Shown in pieces: positions 9,024-19,000 of a DNA stretch of 64,000 bases. Within the stretch, counting starts at the first letter, position 1; each line of letters begins with the position of its first letter. The stretch is from assembly GCA_017409005.1 (NCBI GenBank), contig JAFQTP010000002.1, forward strand, positions 34,943 to 98,942. Reading direction: 5' to 3'. The notes under the pieces were generated by a model that searched no databases, had not been told where the DNA came from, and worked only from the letters and a program-made list of their open reading frames with translations. The translations under genes were made by a program, and so were the position numbers. This stretch comes from Clostridia bacterium (GTDB lineage Bacteria; Bacillota; Clostridia; Christensenellales; UBA1242).

Positions 9024-9740
9024 TTAAGAGTTACTGCCAAAGCCATAGGTTTCAGCCCATAAAGTTGGTGCACCTTCCCAAATTAAACCAGCATAACCAT
9101 CATCATAATTTAAACTTTCTACAACAAAAGTTAAAACATGGTTTTTTTCACAACCTTCTAAGGTTATAAATCCACTAGGCAGGGTTATTTGTTTTGTTAA
9201 AACATTAACATCGCCAGCATTCAACACCCCATTAAAATAAACATAACCATCTACACCAGCTTCCCAACCAGTTTCAGGAACAATTTGTGCGTTAAAAACT
9301 TCTCCTAAATGGTTTGTTACTATAGCCCTTGCTCTAACCACTTGCGAACTATTATTAGCACCACTTATGCTAACCTGTTGTGGGTATGAAACTCCACCAA
9401 CAATATTACTTAGCATTGTAACCGATTTTGTTGCACTGCCATTGTTTGAAACATCTACACCAAGTGGCATTAAAAATGTTTGATTTTGGTTTAAGTTAAA
9501 TGCATTAATTTTAACGCCTAAAACAATGTTTAATGTGGTACTAACAACCATTAGTGTTAAAACTGCACAAAACACCCAAATAAAGGCATTTCTTTTTGTT
9601 TTAGAAATAACAACATTGTTGCTTTTTTCAGTTGGTTTTTCGCTGTGTTTTTGTTTGTTGTTTTTACCCGTTTTTAAATTGGATTTTTCAGTGTTTTTTA
9701 TGCCACTTGTTTTAAGTGATTGCTTTTTATTTTCAGCCAT
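9024..9740 (-). CDS. TasA-like paralogue with an N-terminal basic extension before the signal-anchor (paralogue 4)
   Basis: About 45 aa of Lys/Ser/Thr/Asn-rich sequence precede a TM segment and then GVKINAFNLNQ, which resembles the AAFN of the TasA signal region. The body has VVRARAIVTN...GWEAGVDGYVYFNG, the shared pattern. Confidence 0.5.
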   Translation of the reverse strand: MAENKKQSLKTSGIKNTEKSNLKTGKNNKQKHSEKPTEKSNNVVISKTKRNAFIWVFCAVLTLMVVSTTLNIVLGVKINAFNLNQNQTFLMPLGVDVSNNGSATKSVTMLSNIVGGVSYPQQVSISGANNSSQVVRARAIVTNHLGEVFNAQIVPETGWEAGVDGYVYFNGVLNAGDVNVLTKQITLPSGFITLEGCEKNHVLTFVVESLNYDDGYAGLIWEGAPTLWAETYGFGSNS

Positions 9741-9873
9741 TTAAATTGTCCTTTAAAAGTTAAAAATATTTTAAAAAAATATAAATAATAAAGTGTTTTA
9801 ATTGTGTGTAATTACACAACACATATACTTTAATTTTTCACAATTTTAAAACTATTTATTCATGACAAAGAAA

Positions 9874-9901
9874 TAAAAAACACACTTAAAATTAAGTGTG
9901 T
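9874..9901 (-). terminator. Rho-independent terminator after TasA-like paralogue 3
   Basis: Arms CACACTTA (9881-9888) and TAAGTGTG (9893-9900) are flanked by an A-run (9875-9880) and a T-run. The hairpin can work in both directions. Confidence 0.65.
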
Positions 9902-9931
9902 TTTATTTACGTTTTTAATTATAACTTTTGC

Positions 9932-10639
9932 TTATAGTTCATCGTCGGCAAGTTTGCCCCATGTTGGGTTACTATAATTAAGCAATGGGTTTTCTACGTT
10001 CATAGTTTGAATTGCACTAACAATATAATCAATGTTAATATCTTTATTTGCAAAAATATTTGTTAGTTTTGTGCTTATTCTAATTTTGCCATCAACAAAG
10101 GTGTGCTCTTCACCATTGTAAGCGGTTCTAGCCAAAACTTGACCATTAACATTTTCGCTAAACACCCACCATTTTCCGCCGTCTTCTTCGCCAAAATCAA
10201 CTTCAACCCAATCAGACGAAACTGGGCTTGGTGTGGTTTTTCCGTCGCCAAAATCGATAAGACCATCGCTAATAATATCGCCACCCATATCGGTTAAAGC
10301 ATTAGAAGTTATTTGAAGTTTAACCCTAACATAAGCGGGTGAGGAAGGTCTGTCCTCTTTACCCATAACAAAGCCTAGTTTCATGTTAATTTTTGTTCCA
10401 GGTAAAATTTTTGCTTCTTCAAGAGGTAGTGTAACCGAACCACCTTGCGGAACATTTAAAGTATCGGTAATATAAATTTCTACAGGGTGAGAAAGCGAAA
10501 TGCCAAGCATTTCGGAAACAATACGTGTATACCACGCAAAAGTAACACCGGCAACCAGCGTCATAAGCAGTAGAACACTTAAAATAATAATTACTATTCG
10601 TTGCGAATTTAGCAATACACTATTTTGCTTTTTTTCCAT
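9932..10639 (-). CDS. TasA/BsaA-like secreted protein with SipW-type signal peptide (paralogue 3)
   Basis: AGGAGGG RBS. The N-terminus ends LVAGVTFAWYTR. The body has ILPGTKINMKLGF...AYVRVKLQITS...GKWWVFSEN. Confidence 0.65.
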   Translation of the reverse strand: MEKKQNSVLLNSQRIVIIILSVLLLMTLVAGVTFAWYTRIVSEMLGISLSHPVEIYITDTLNVPQGGSVTLPLEEAKILPGTKINMKLGFVMGKEDRPSSPAYVRVKLQITSNALTDMGGDIISDGLIDFGDGKTTPSPVSSDWVEVDFGEEDGGKWWVFSENVNGQVLARTAYNGEEHTFVDGKIRISTKLTNIFANKDINIDYIVSAIQTMNVENPLLNYSNPTWGKLADDEL

Positions 10640-10676
10640 TTTCCCTCCTGTTGTTATTTTACATTATATTTAAAAC

Positions 10677-11390
10677 TTAATCTATTGAATTTTGCAAACT
10701 TCCACACTCTGGGCACGGAGTATCGGCGCCCACAACAACAGTTGAACACCCTTTACAATCTCTAACATCATATTTTCTTATTGCTTCACGCCAAGCATCT
10801 GGAGCATTATTTGCCCATTCTTCCTCAAAAGCATAGGCGCTGTAATAACGTTGAATTGCATAAACAGTTAATGTTATGTGCACTGGTTGACTTTTATCAA
10901 TATTATCAATGTCGTTTGTAATAACTATGCCAGTGTTGAAAGTTGCAGTAATATCTGGGGTTATGTAGCCCACATAATAATAACAATCATCTTTTTCAGA
11001 ATATATCCAACTTTGCTCGCCGTTTGCCTCGTGTTCAGGCGTAACATGTAACACTGGAAACATAACATGGTGCCCATCTACCTGATAATCGGTTTGAAGC
11101 CTAACTTTAATGTAGGCATCATCGGTGTAAGGAGCACAAGTTATGGTTGTTGGCATATTATCATAAAATTTATTTGGTTCTAGCAAATCTTTAGGAAATT
11201 CTAAAGTTGTTTCAACTTCTAGGTCAATATCGCCCACAATGTAAACCTTTGTGGCAACTTCGCTTTCGCCAAACCATGCCGAAGTTACAAAGTAGAAAAT
11301 TAAAAAACACAAAACAACAATAATAAGCAACGAAACAACTTTGTTAAATCTGTTTCCTAAATGGTTATAATCATAAACACTATTTTCCAC
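10677..11390 (-). CDS. TasA-like paralogue 2 with a C-terminal CxxC...CxxC zinc-ribbon
   Basis: GTG start 6 nt after a GGAGG RBS. The N-terminal TM ends VTSAWFGESE. The body has AYIKVRLQTDY...DDCYYYVGYI. The C-terminus is CKGCSTVVVGADTPCPECG. Confidence 0.6.
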   Translation of the reverse strand: MENSVYDYNHLGNRFNKVVSLLIIVVLCFLIFYFVTSAWFGESEVATKVYIVGDIDLEVETTLEFPKDLLEPNKFYDNMPTTITCAPYTDDAYIKVRLQTDYQVDGHHVMFPVLHVTPEHEANGEQSWIYSEKDDCYYYVGYITPDITATFNTGIVITNDIDNIDKSQPVHITLTVYAIQRYYSAYAFEEEWANNAPDAWREAIRKYDVRDCKGCSTVVVGADTPCPECGSLQNSID

Positions 11391-11627
11391 TTTGCTCCTC
11401 CTTTGTTGTTTTTATTTTTTAAACAATTATTAAAATTGTTTTATTTATGTTAATTAACATTATTAATAAGTTTTGCTATTAAATTTTTATTATAAATTGC
11501 CATCTTGTAATTTTAATTTTTAATATATTCTGTTGTAAATTTTTATAAAAATAAACACCCATTTTAATACTTGGCAAGTGCAGATATAAAATTTGCAATT
11601 TTAAAATTTTTGCAAACAAATTTTATA

Positions 11628-12359
11628 TTAAACAAGCTTCCATGCAGTCCATTGTTCTAAAAATTCGGCAGTTAAAACGCCAAAAGGTTTATCTTTATCG
11701 GCAACCGGATTTTCGGCTGTATCAACCTGATAAGCATTACCAGAATAAGCCACAATTTCGGCACGAATAAAGATGTATATTGTTTGCTCTTCAAAGCCAT
11801 CTGCCACCGGAGTAACCGAAGAAATAATGTTTTTACTTGCATTAGCCTCTAGCTGTTCGTTTAAAAACGAATTAAAAAAGTATTGGTCAGAAATGGCTGG
11901 GTCGTCGTATAATGTAACCCAATTATTTTGAGTAATGCCAACTTGATTTGTTTGAATAATCCATTGTGCACCTTCTAAATCGGTGTAGTGGTTGTGCGGA
12001 CCTTGGTCGTCGGTTATAGCAATAAAGCATTTAACAATGCCCGGAATTGTGCCCACATTTTTAACGCTTAAATCAACACTTACGCTAGATTTATCGGCAC
12101 CAAATGTAACAGCAACCGGAACACCCGCAACATAACTGCCATCTTCGGCAACCTCTCCATTAATTTTGGTGCCGTTATTATAAATTTCAATGGCCACTTC
12201 ACCAATAGTAGCATCGCCGGTGTTAGTTATAATATCTGAAAGCCACGCAAAAGTTACCCCAATGGCAACAACCAAAAGTAATGCCACGGAGCACATAAAC
12301 ACGAAAAATCGATTATTAAAAATAGATTTATTATTTGAATATACCATGTTTTTTTGCAC
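11628..12359 (-). CDS. TasA/BsaA-like secreted protein with SipW-type signal peptide (paralogue 1)
   Basis: The N-terminus ends VAIGVTFAWLSDIITNTGDATIGEV, close to the TasA-type signal and cleavage region. The gene lies directly downstream of the SipW-like peptidase. The start is GTG at 12359 (AGGA 7 nt upstream) or ATG at 12347. Confidence 0.65.
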   Translation of the reverse strand: MQKNMVYSNNKSIFNNRFFVFMCSVALLLVVAIGVTFAWLSDIITNTGDATIGEVAIEIYNNGTKINGEVAEDGSYVAGVPVAVTFGADKSSVSVDLSVKNVGTIPGIVKCFIAITDDQGPHNHYTDLEGAQWIIQTNQVGITQNNWVTLYDDPAISDQYFFNSFLNEQLEANASKNIISSVTPVADGFEEQTIYIFIRAEIVAYSGNAYQVDTAENPVADKDKPFGVLTAEFLEQWTAWKLV

Positions 12360-12430
12360 GCACTTATCCTTATTTTAATTTTACGGAAAATTGCGTTTTT
12401 TGTAAAGCGATTATATGTGTAACTAAACAA

Positions 12431-12460
12431 CAAAAGTAGGCATAGTTTCCTATACCTACT
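12431..12460 (-). terminator. Possible terminator or attenuator after sipW
   Basis: Arms GTAGGCATAG (12436-12445) and CTATACCTAC (12450-12459) pair with one mismatch. The minus-strand T-run after the stem is only 4 nt. Confidence 0.45.
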
Positions 12461-12482
12461 TTTATTATTTGCAAAAACATTT

Positions 12483-12896
12483 TTAACTATAAGTTACAAT
12501 AAACAATGCTAAAACTATGCATACAACAATAATTATAATGTTTTCTTTAATAAGTTCTAATAACACGCCCAAGTCTTTAACATAGTAAATAACTGTGCCA
12601 ACATAGTTTTCTTTTGTAACGGTTTCGCGTGAACCTTGGTTTTCGGCTGCATCACCTTGAGTTTTTAAAACAATGTTGCGTCCGCTATCGTCTTTTTCAA
12701 CAACACGGTGGGTAACATTGCTATCGCCAACTTTAAATGTTACAACGTCGCCAACTTCAACGTCTTCCATATCTATTTGTTTAATAATTACAACTGTGTT
12801 AACAGGCATTGTTGGGGTCATGGACCCAGTTAAAATGTTTAAAAATTTATAACCTAATGCAAATGCTGCAACAAGTGCAATTAAAAAGCCAAACAA
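12483..12896 (-). CDS. sipW: Signal peptidase I, archaeal/eukaryotic type (S26B, SipW-like)
   Basis: LTGSMTPTM supplies the catalytic Ser (SGSMEP-like), VTHRVV the catalytic His, and TQGDAAEN resembles the GDxN box. A C-terminal TM anchor is typical of SipW. The product is only 137 aa, starts at TTG, and has no obvious RBS. An in-frame TAA 9 codons upstream rules out a longer N-terminus. Confidence 0.7.
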   Translation of the reverse strand: MFGFLIALVAAFALGYKFLNILTGSMTPTMPVNTVVIIKQIDMEDVEVGDVVTFKVGDSNVTHRVVEKDDSGRNIVLKTQGDAAENQGSRETVTKENYVGTVIYYVKDLGVLLELIKENIIIIVVCIVLALFIVTYS

Positions 12897-12989
12897 ATGT
12901 TTCTTATAACTATAAAAGTATATTTAACTACCTTATTTTCTCTTTTGTAAATATTTCTTCCCATGTTTTACCATCACTTAAATTAAATT

Positions 12990-13018
12990 TTAAAACGTGG
13001 AAATCTAATCTCCACGCT
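12990..13018 (-). terminator. Possible terminator or attenuator after the giant gene
   Basis: On the minus strand, a GCGTGGA / TCCACGT stem with a 9-nt loop is followed by TTTTAAAATTT. Confidence 0.4.
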
Positions 13019-13074
13019 TTAAAATTTTAAACTATTAATATTATATGCATTATGCTTAGTTTTACCAAATAAAT

Positions 13075-16000
13075 TTAAGCATTTATTTGCCAAGCAAACA
13101 CAGGGTATCCGTTGTTTATAGAGTTAATATCTTGGCTATAAACATCAGGATATGCCTCATATAACGAAGCTGTTAACGCTGTTTTATCGCTAGATTTTGT
13201 AGCAATTATAACGTTTTCGTCGTTACCTAACAGATTTATTGTTACTGCCGAAACATAGAAGTTTCCAACATAATTGCTTTCGCTCTTTCTGTTGTCAACA
13301 CCAACAAACATACCTACAGTGCCGTTGCTTGCACTAATTGCACCAGTTGATGTAACAGCAACATAACAGCCCTTTAATGTTCCAATAGCACTATCAGCAA
13401 CAATACCAGCAGCGTATCCTTGATATTGACTACCGCTCTTCATTGTTAAAGTAATGTTAGAAACAATTGAGTAACAATATTCAATTGAGCCGGTGTAAGT
13501 TGTTGAACTAAATGTTGTTGTGGTATTTCTAACAGCAATACCACCAGCAAGTGCTTGAATTGTTTCAAGGTTAGAAGTTGCAACAATTGAACCTAAGTTA
13601 TAAGATTTTGAAATTGCACCTAAGTTTTGGTTAACAACACCACCAACTAATGTGCCTTTTAAGCCACCTGTGTTTCCACACATTGTAACAGTGTTGTAAT
13701 TGTTTACTGCAATGCCTGCAACACGTGTGCTCATGCTTTGGCCACCACTACCGTAATAAGAAATGTTCATGTTGTTTATGGTGTTAGTAATTGTTCCGTA
13801 GTTATCAATAGCAATACCAGCAATTAATTGTCCGCCAGAAAGTGTTGTGTAGGTAATTTCGCCATCGCCACCAACAACTGTTAATGGTAATGTTGTAACA
13901 CCTGAAATTGTTCCGCGGTTGGTAATTGTTATACCTGCCATTTGAGCAACGTAATATGAGTTTGAAGCTGGAGTTTTAATTCCGATGCTTAAGTTTTTAA
14001 CAACACCACGTGTTCCAATTTCTTTAATAAATGCGATATAATTTGAGTTGTATTTATAATATACATTTGTTAGTTTATGTCCATCACCATCTAGGGTTCC
14101 GTTAAATGCTCCGCCATCTCTACCAACTATAAAGCCTTCAACAAATTCTAGGCTAGAACTTGTCATGGCAATATCATTTTTAAATTTGAAGTAACTATCT
14201 AAATAGTATTCAATATTTAAAATATGATCTGGGGCAGATAGCATATATGGATCTAACTCCGTTCCACTACCACTAGCAAATATTTTGAAATCGCCCTCAA
14301 CCTCATCGGTGTAAGCCGAAGTTATTTCTAGGCTGTTAGCTGTGGTTATGTAACTTAACACACTAACTTTAAATGTACCAATTGTTTCAAGCTTAAAGCT
14401 ATTTACACCTGGGTCAACCGAATAATAAACAGGTTCGGCAGATTCGTTATAATAAACTTTAATTCTTGTTTTAGTGTTGTTAGAGTAATTTTTCCATGTA
14501 ATTAAACCTGTTCCGGTATCTACAGATAAGCGTGTTGGAGTAATTGGAACTTCAACAGCAACTTCATTACTCTTATCACTAATTGTATAAAGTTTGGTAT
14601 GTGTATCTGTGCAAAGTGCATCGTAACTAAATGCTCTTACATAAATTGAGAATTCTTGACCAAATAAGTGTGAATGATCTGGATATAATGCATCATAATC
14701 GGCAACAGCTTGAACATTAAATAATAAATATTCTGTTCCACTGCCATCAGTATATCGTTCATAGTAAGTTTCGTCAGTTGTAGCGTCTACATCAATTTTT
14801 TCGAATGTATGTGTTCTAACAGCTGTAGACTCACTATATTTAACCACTGTAAACTGATAATATGCAGCATTTTCTAAAAGTTTAACAGCAATGTAGTTTG
14901 CAGGGTTTTCTTGGTCTTCAGTAATATAAAGTTCAGCTTGAGGTGTTTCAAGTTTATAAACCACCATAGAAGCATAGTCTGAACTAAACCAGCAGTAACT
15001 TAAAACTTCAGGTTCTGTTTCAGTTCCACCGCTTCCTTCTGAGCCTTCTGAGCCACCTTCTGGAGGAACTTCGCCTGTGCCGTCTTCTGGAAGTTCTTCG
15101 CCAGAGCCATCTTCAGGATTTTCTGGTTCGTCAACTTCGCCATCAACAACTTCTCCCTCTAAAACTCTATTAGAAGAATTTGCAATGTTAACACCAGCCT
15201 CAATAGGAGTTTCGCCGCCAGACTCTTCTCCTGAATTTTCGCCGTTGTTTTCGCCACCACCCTCAGGGTTTGTGTTTTCGCCACCTTCTGGAGGAACTTC
15301 GCCAGAGCCACTATCTCCTCCGCCCTCTGGAACATCTGGTTCAATAACTTGATTATAGTATCCGTTTGAACCCAAGTAGCCAACTTCAACTTTATAATAA
15401 CCCGAACCTAAGTTTAAACCAATTTGTTCAGAAAGAACACTTAAATCTAAACCGGTGTCAGTGTTAAACGCATTGGCAATTGGCAAGTTAGAATTTTCGT
15501 AAACAACTGTTCCTGTGGTTGATGTTTCGGTTTCAAGTTGTGTAATTTTAATTTTTGTTCCGGTTGCAATAGCATAATTTAAATCAGTGTTATTCCACTT
15601 AATAATACCATCTGCAACACGCAAATTAGGAACTTCTAATTTTTTACATAAAACTTCTGGGCTAAATTCGCCGTTTAAATATTGTGTTGATAATATTCCA
15701 GGAATTGCACGAACACGTAAACTAAACACTTTGTTTGTTGCAAAATCAGAAGCATTAAACACAAGTTGACGATAGTTGTTATCGGTTACAATACCATATT
15801 CTGGCAACTCTTCGCCTTCGCCACCTTCACCTTCTAGAAGAACATCTAGTTTATAAACTTCATATTTTGCTGCATCATCTACGTTGGTCCAACGCAATGT
15901 TCCATTTACCATTTCTACAGTTATAGGAGATAGTAAACGTTTATAGAACTGGGCAGTTTGAACTGAATCACCAGTAACTGTTGTGTAATCTAAGGTGTTT

Positions 16001-19000
16001 TCTTCAGAATTTTGTGTTCCACAAGCAGCAACTTGTAAAGCATATTCATATCTAGCACCGTCTTCGTTAACAGCAGGGAAATCTAGCGATGGTAAATCAA
16101 AGAAGCAATAATCGCCATCTTTAATAGTTTCAGCTGCAATATACATTGTTATGGTTTCAAGTGAAGTGCCCTCTATGTCGCCAACCAATTGTCTGATAAT
16201 TGTTACAACATAGTGTAAAGCCTCAACACTTTCGTCTGCATCAATTTGATATGTTTGCGCTTTCCACGAGAACACACCGCCATTAATTGTTAAGTTTTCT
16301 ACTTTATCAAATTTATATACTAACAATTTGGTTGATTGACCAGAAGAAATTTTTTCCACGCCATTACCCATAGCCTCGCAACTAACGTAATATGCACCAG
16401 GAACTGGGAATAATGGGTTATCTGATAATGTATATTTAAAGAATCCGTCTGAGCCTAAAGTTAAGAATGAAATATTTTCTACTTGATCAGATGTAATAGA
16501 AATTTGTTCAGCATATAAGCCAGCATCTTCATTTGATTTCGATTTATCAAATGTTTCGCCAATTCCAACACTCCAAATTCTTAATTCTTGGCTAACTGCT
16601 GTAGCACTATTAGCAAATGCTATGTCGCCATTACTAATTGAAACATTTGGTGTTCCTAACATTTCTACACTACAACTATGGTCATATAAACTTGTAAAGT
16701 ATACGCCAGTTGTGTTAGTTCCGCTATCTTTAGTTCCCATTGCTCTAACTGTGATAATGTAAACAAATCCTCTTTCAATACCAATGTCGGCAACTGGAAC
16801 TTTGTAAACCGAATTGCTTGCTCCGCCAACAGAATCTGCAACTGTTGCGGCATATTTGCTTGCATTAGTTGAGTTAATTTCTAAAGTTTTGTTTGCTTTT
16901 TCAGGATTTACTGCTGTTGCTGTAATTAAATATCTAACACTAAATGAGCCTGCATCTACTAAACCAAAGTATAAGTGGTCGTTGTAAACCATTGTTTTAT
17001 ATGGTGTCATTGGTGTTTGTGGAGCAGATAATTTATATCCGGTAATTGTTTTTGAATAGTCGCTACTAACCACTGAATATGTCGTTTCTGGAATAATTTC
17101 TTCGCCACCTTCGCCTTCAGGGTTTTCGCCTTCCATTCCTCCGTCAGAACCATCGCCAGCACCAATTTCTTCTAGAACTCTGTTTGAAATAGTTCCAATA
17201 TTAACACTAGCCTCAACCGGGTTTTCTTCGCCACCTTCTGGATTTTCTTCGCCACCACCTTCTCCACCGCCTTCTTCGTTAAGCATGCTACTTCCACCAA
17301 TAAATCTTAACGAAACTGTGTATGGGTTTACAATGTTTGTAAAATTAAAGTCGTAGCTATAAACTAATGCATCGCCTGCCTTATTAAGTGCTATGCTTGC
17401 AGGTTTTTGATTTTGGAAAAGTTTATTGTTTATTGTTACTTCTAAACATCTAAAATGTGAAAGGTTATGAACAAGTTCCATAGAAGATAGTTCGCTATTT
17501 CCTTGTGCTGCTGCCAAAATTGCATTAGCGTCGTAAGATGTTCCTTCTAAAATAAGTTTAATATATTCGTCAGCGTCGTCGCCAAAAGGAACTTCCCAAC
17601 TAATAAAACCATCTCTAACTTTATAGTCATAACTATTAGGGGTTGGAGATTTATAAACTGTAATGGTTCTAACATCTAGGCTAGAACTATCTAAACTAGT
17701 TACACCATTACCCATTGCTGTAACTTTAACTGTATACCAACCAGCCGCATAAGACTCGTCTTCTAAACTGCACTGAGGAATTAACATTCCAATGTCGTTA
17801 ACATATGTGCCAGAGTTGTATGTTTGACCTTTTACAATTTCAACCAAATAGAACATTGCCCCTGAAACTGGTTGCCATGTAATAATACCATCAGTAACGC
17901 TCATTCCGGTTGTGTTTGGTAAAATTTGAACTGGAACAATGTTTCCTGTTGAACCAGTTAAATAACCATGTTCTGTGTAATCAACGCTATTACCAACTGG
18001 CACAACATAAAATCCGTATACACCAGAAGGAATGGTTGTTGGAAGTGTTGTTCCAACCTCGCCAGCATCAGCACCATCTAAATATAATCCACCAAGTTCG
18101 GCATTATATCTGAAATCTTCGGCAAATAGTAAGTTAGAATCGGCATTAGAGCAGTAAATTACATAACCTTCTGCATTTGTTACACTAGACCACCAAAGCA
18201 TCCAATAATCTAGTTTAGCATCGGTTGTAGGTGCAAGTTTTTGAATTGTCATGGTTTCAGAAGGTCTACTATCAATTGCACCTTCTTTAATAACTTTAAT
18301 ATAAATTTCGTGAACTTCCGTATCGGTTATAGCATTATTAATTGCAGAAGTATCGTCGCAAGTTTCAAAGGTTGTGTGAGTTGTAATAACCGGCTCGGCA
18401 CCCTCTTCTGCTGGAGGTTCGGTTGTTGTGTAGGTTAACAACACACCATCTATATAAACTTGATATGCTGTTCCTAACGAACCTTCGTATGTCCACTTAA
18501 CAAATCCGTTTTCAGTTCTAACATTTATTGCTTGTTGTAAAAACTCTAAAGTATGATATGTTAAAGCTGAAGTAGAACTCATTAAAATGTTGTTATTAAT
18601 ATCACCCAAACAATTAAAGTAAACATCGTAAATACCTTCAGGCATATCGGCTGGGCAAGTTACAACATAACTTGTTGCAGTTCCTAAAATTGTTTCGGTA
18701 TAAGCATATTCGCCTGTTCCGGCATTATAGTAAGCAATTTTAATACCACTTGCATTTGTGTTTTCGTTTGTAAAATTAATTGTGTTAGTTTCGCGGTTAT
18801 AACTTGTAAACACAAGCGATTTTAAAATGGTTACATCTAGTGGGTTTGTTAATGTTTCGCCAGTTATATATCCTGCAGTTTCTTCAAGTTCAGAACCTAA
18901 CATTCTAATGTTAAACTGAAGTGTTTTAGGAGTTGTGTCGTTATAAGCAAACATAAGTGTGTTAACGTTTCCTTCAACAACTCCATTAAATGGTTCAAGG

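Noticed and set aside
9805-9818. 14-bp perfect palindromes TGTGTAATTACACA (9805-9818) and ATGTTAATTAACAT (11447-11460) upstream of two TasA-like genes, as a shared operator
   Set aside because: They share only the TAATTA core, and AT-rich palindromes are frequent by chance in intergenic DNA of this composition. They are worth a look only if a regulator is identified.
15077-15389. ORFs 15077-15352 (+) and 15159-15389 (-) inside the giant gene
   Set aside because: They are Ser/Pro-rich mirror-frame artefacts of the Gly/Glu-rich linker coding region. All other short ORFs inside 13075-22986 are rejected for the same reason.
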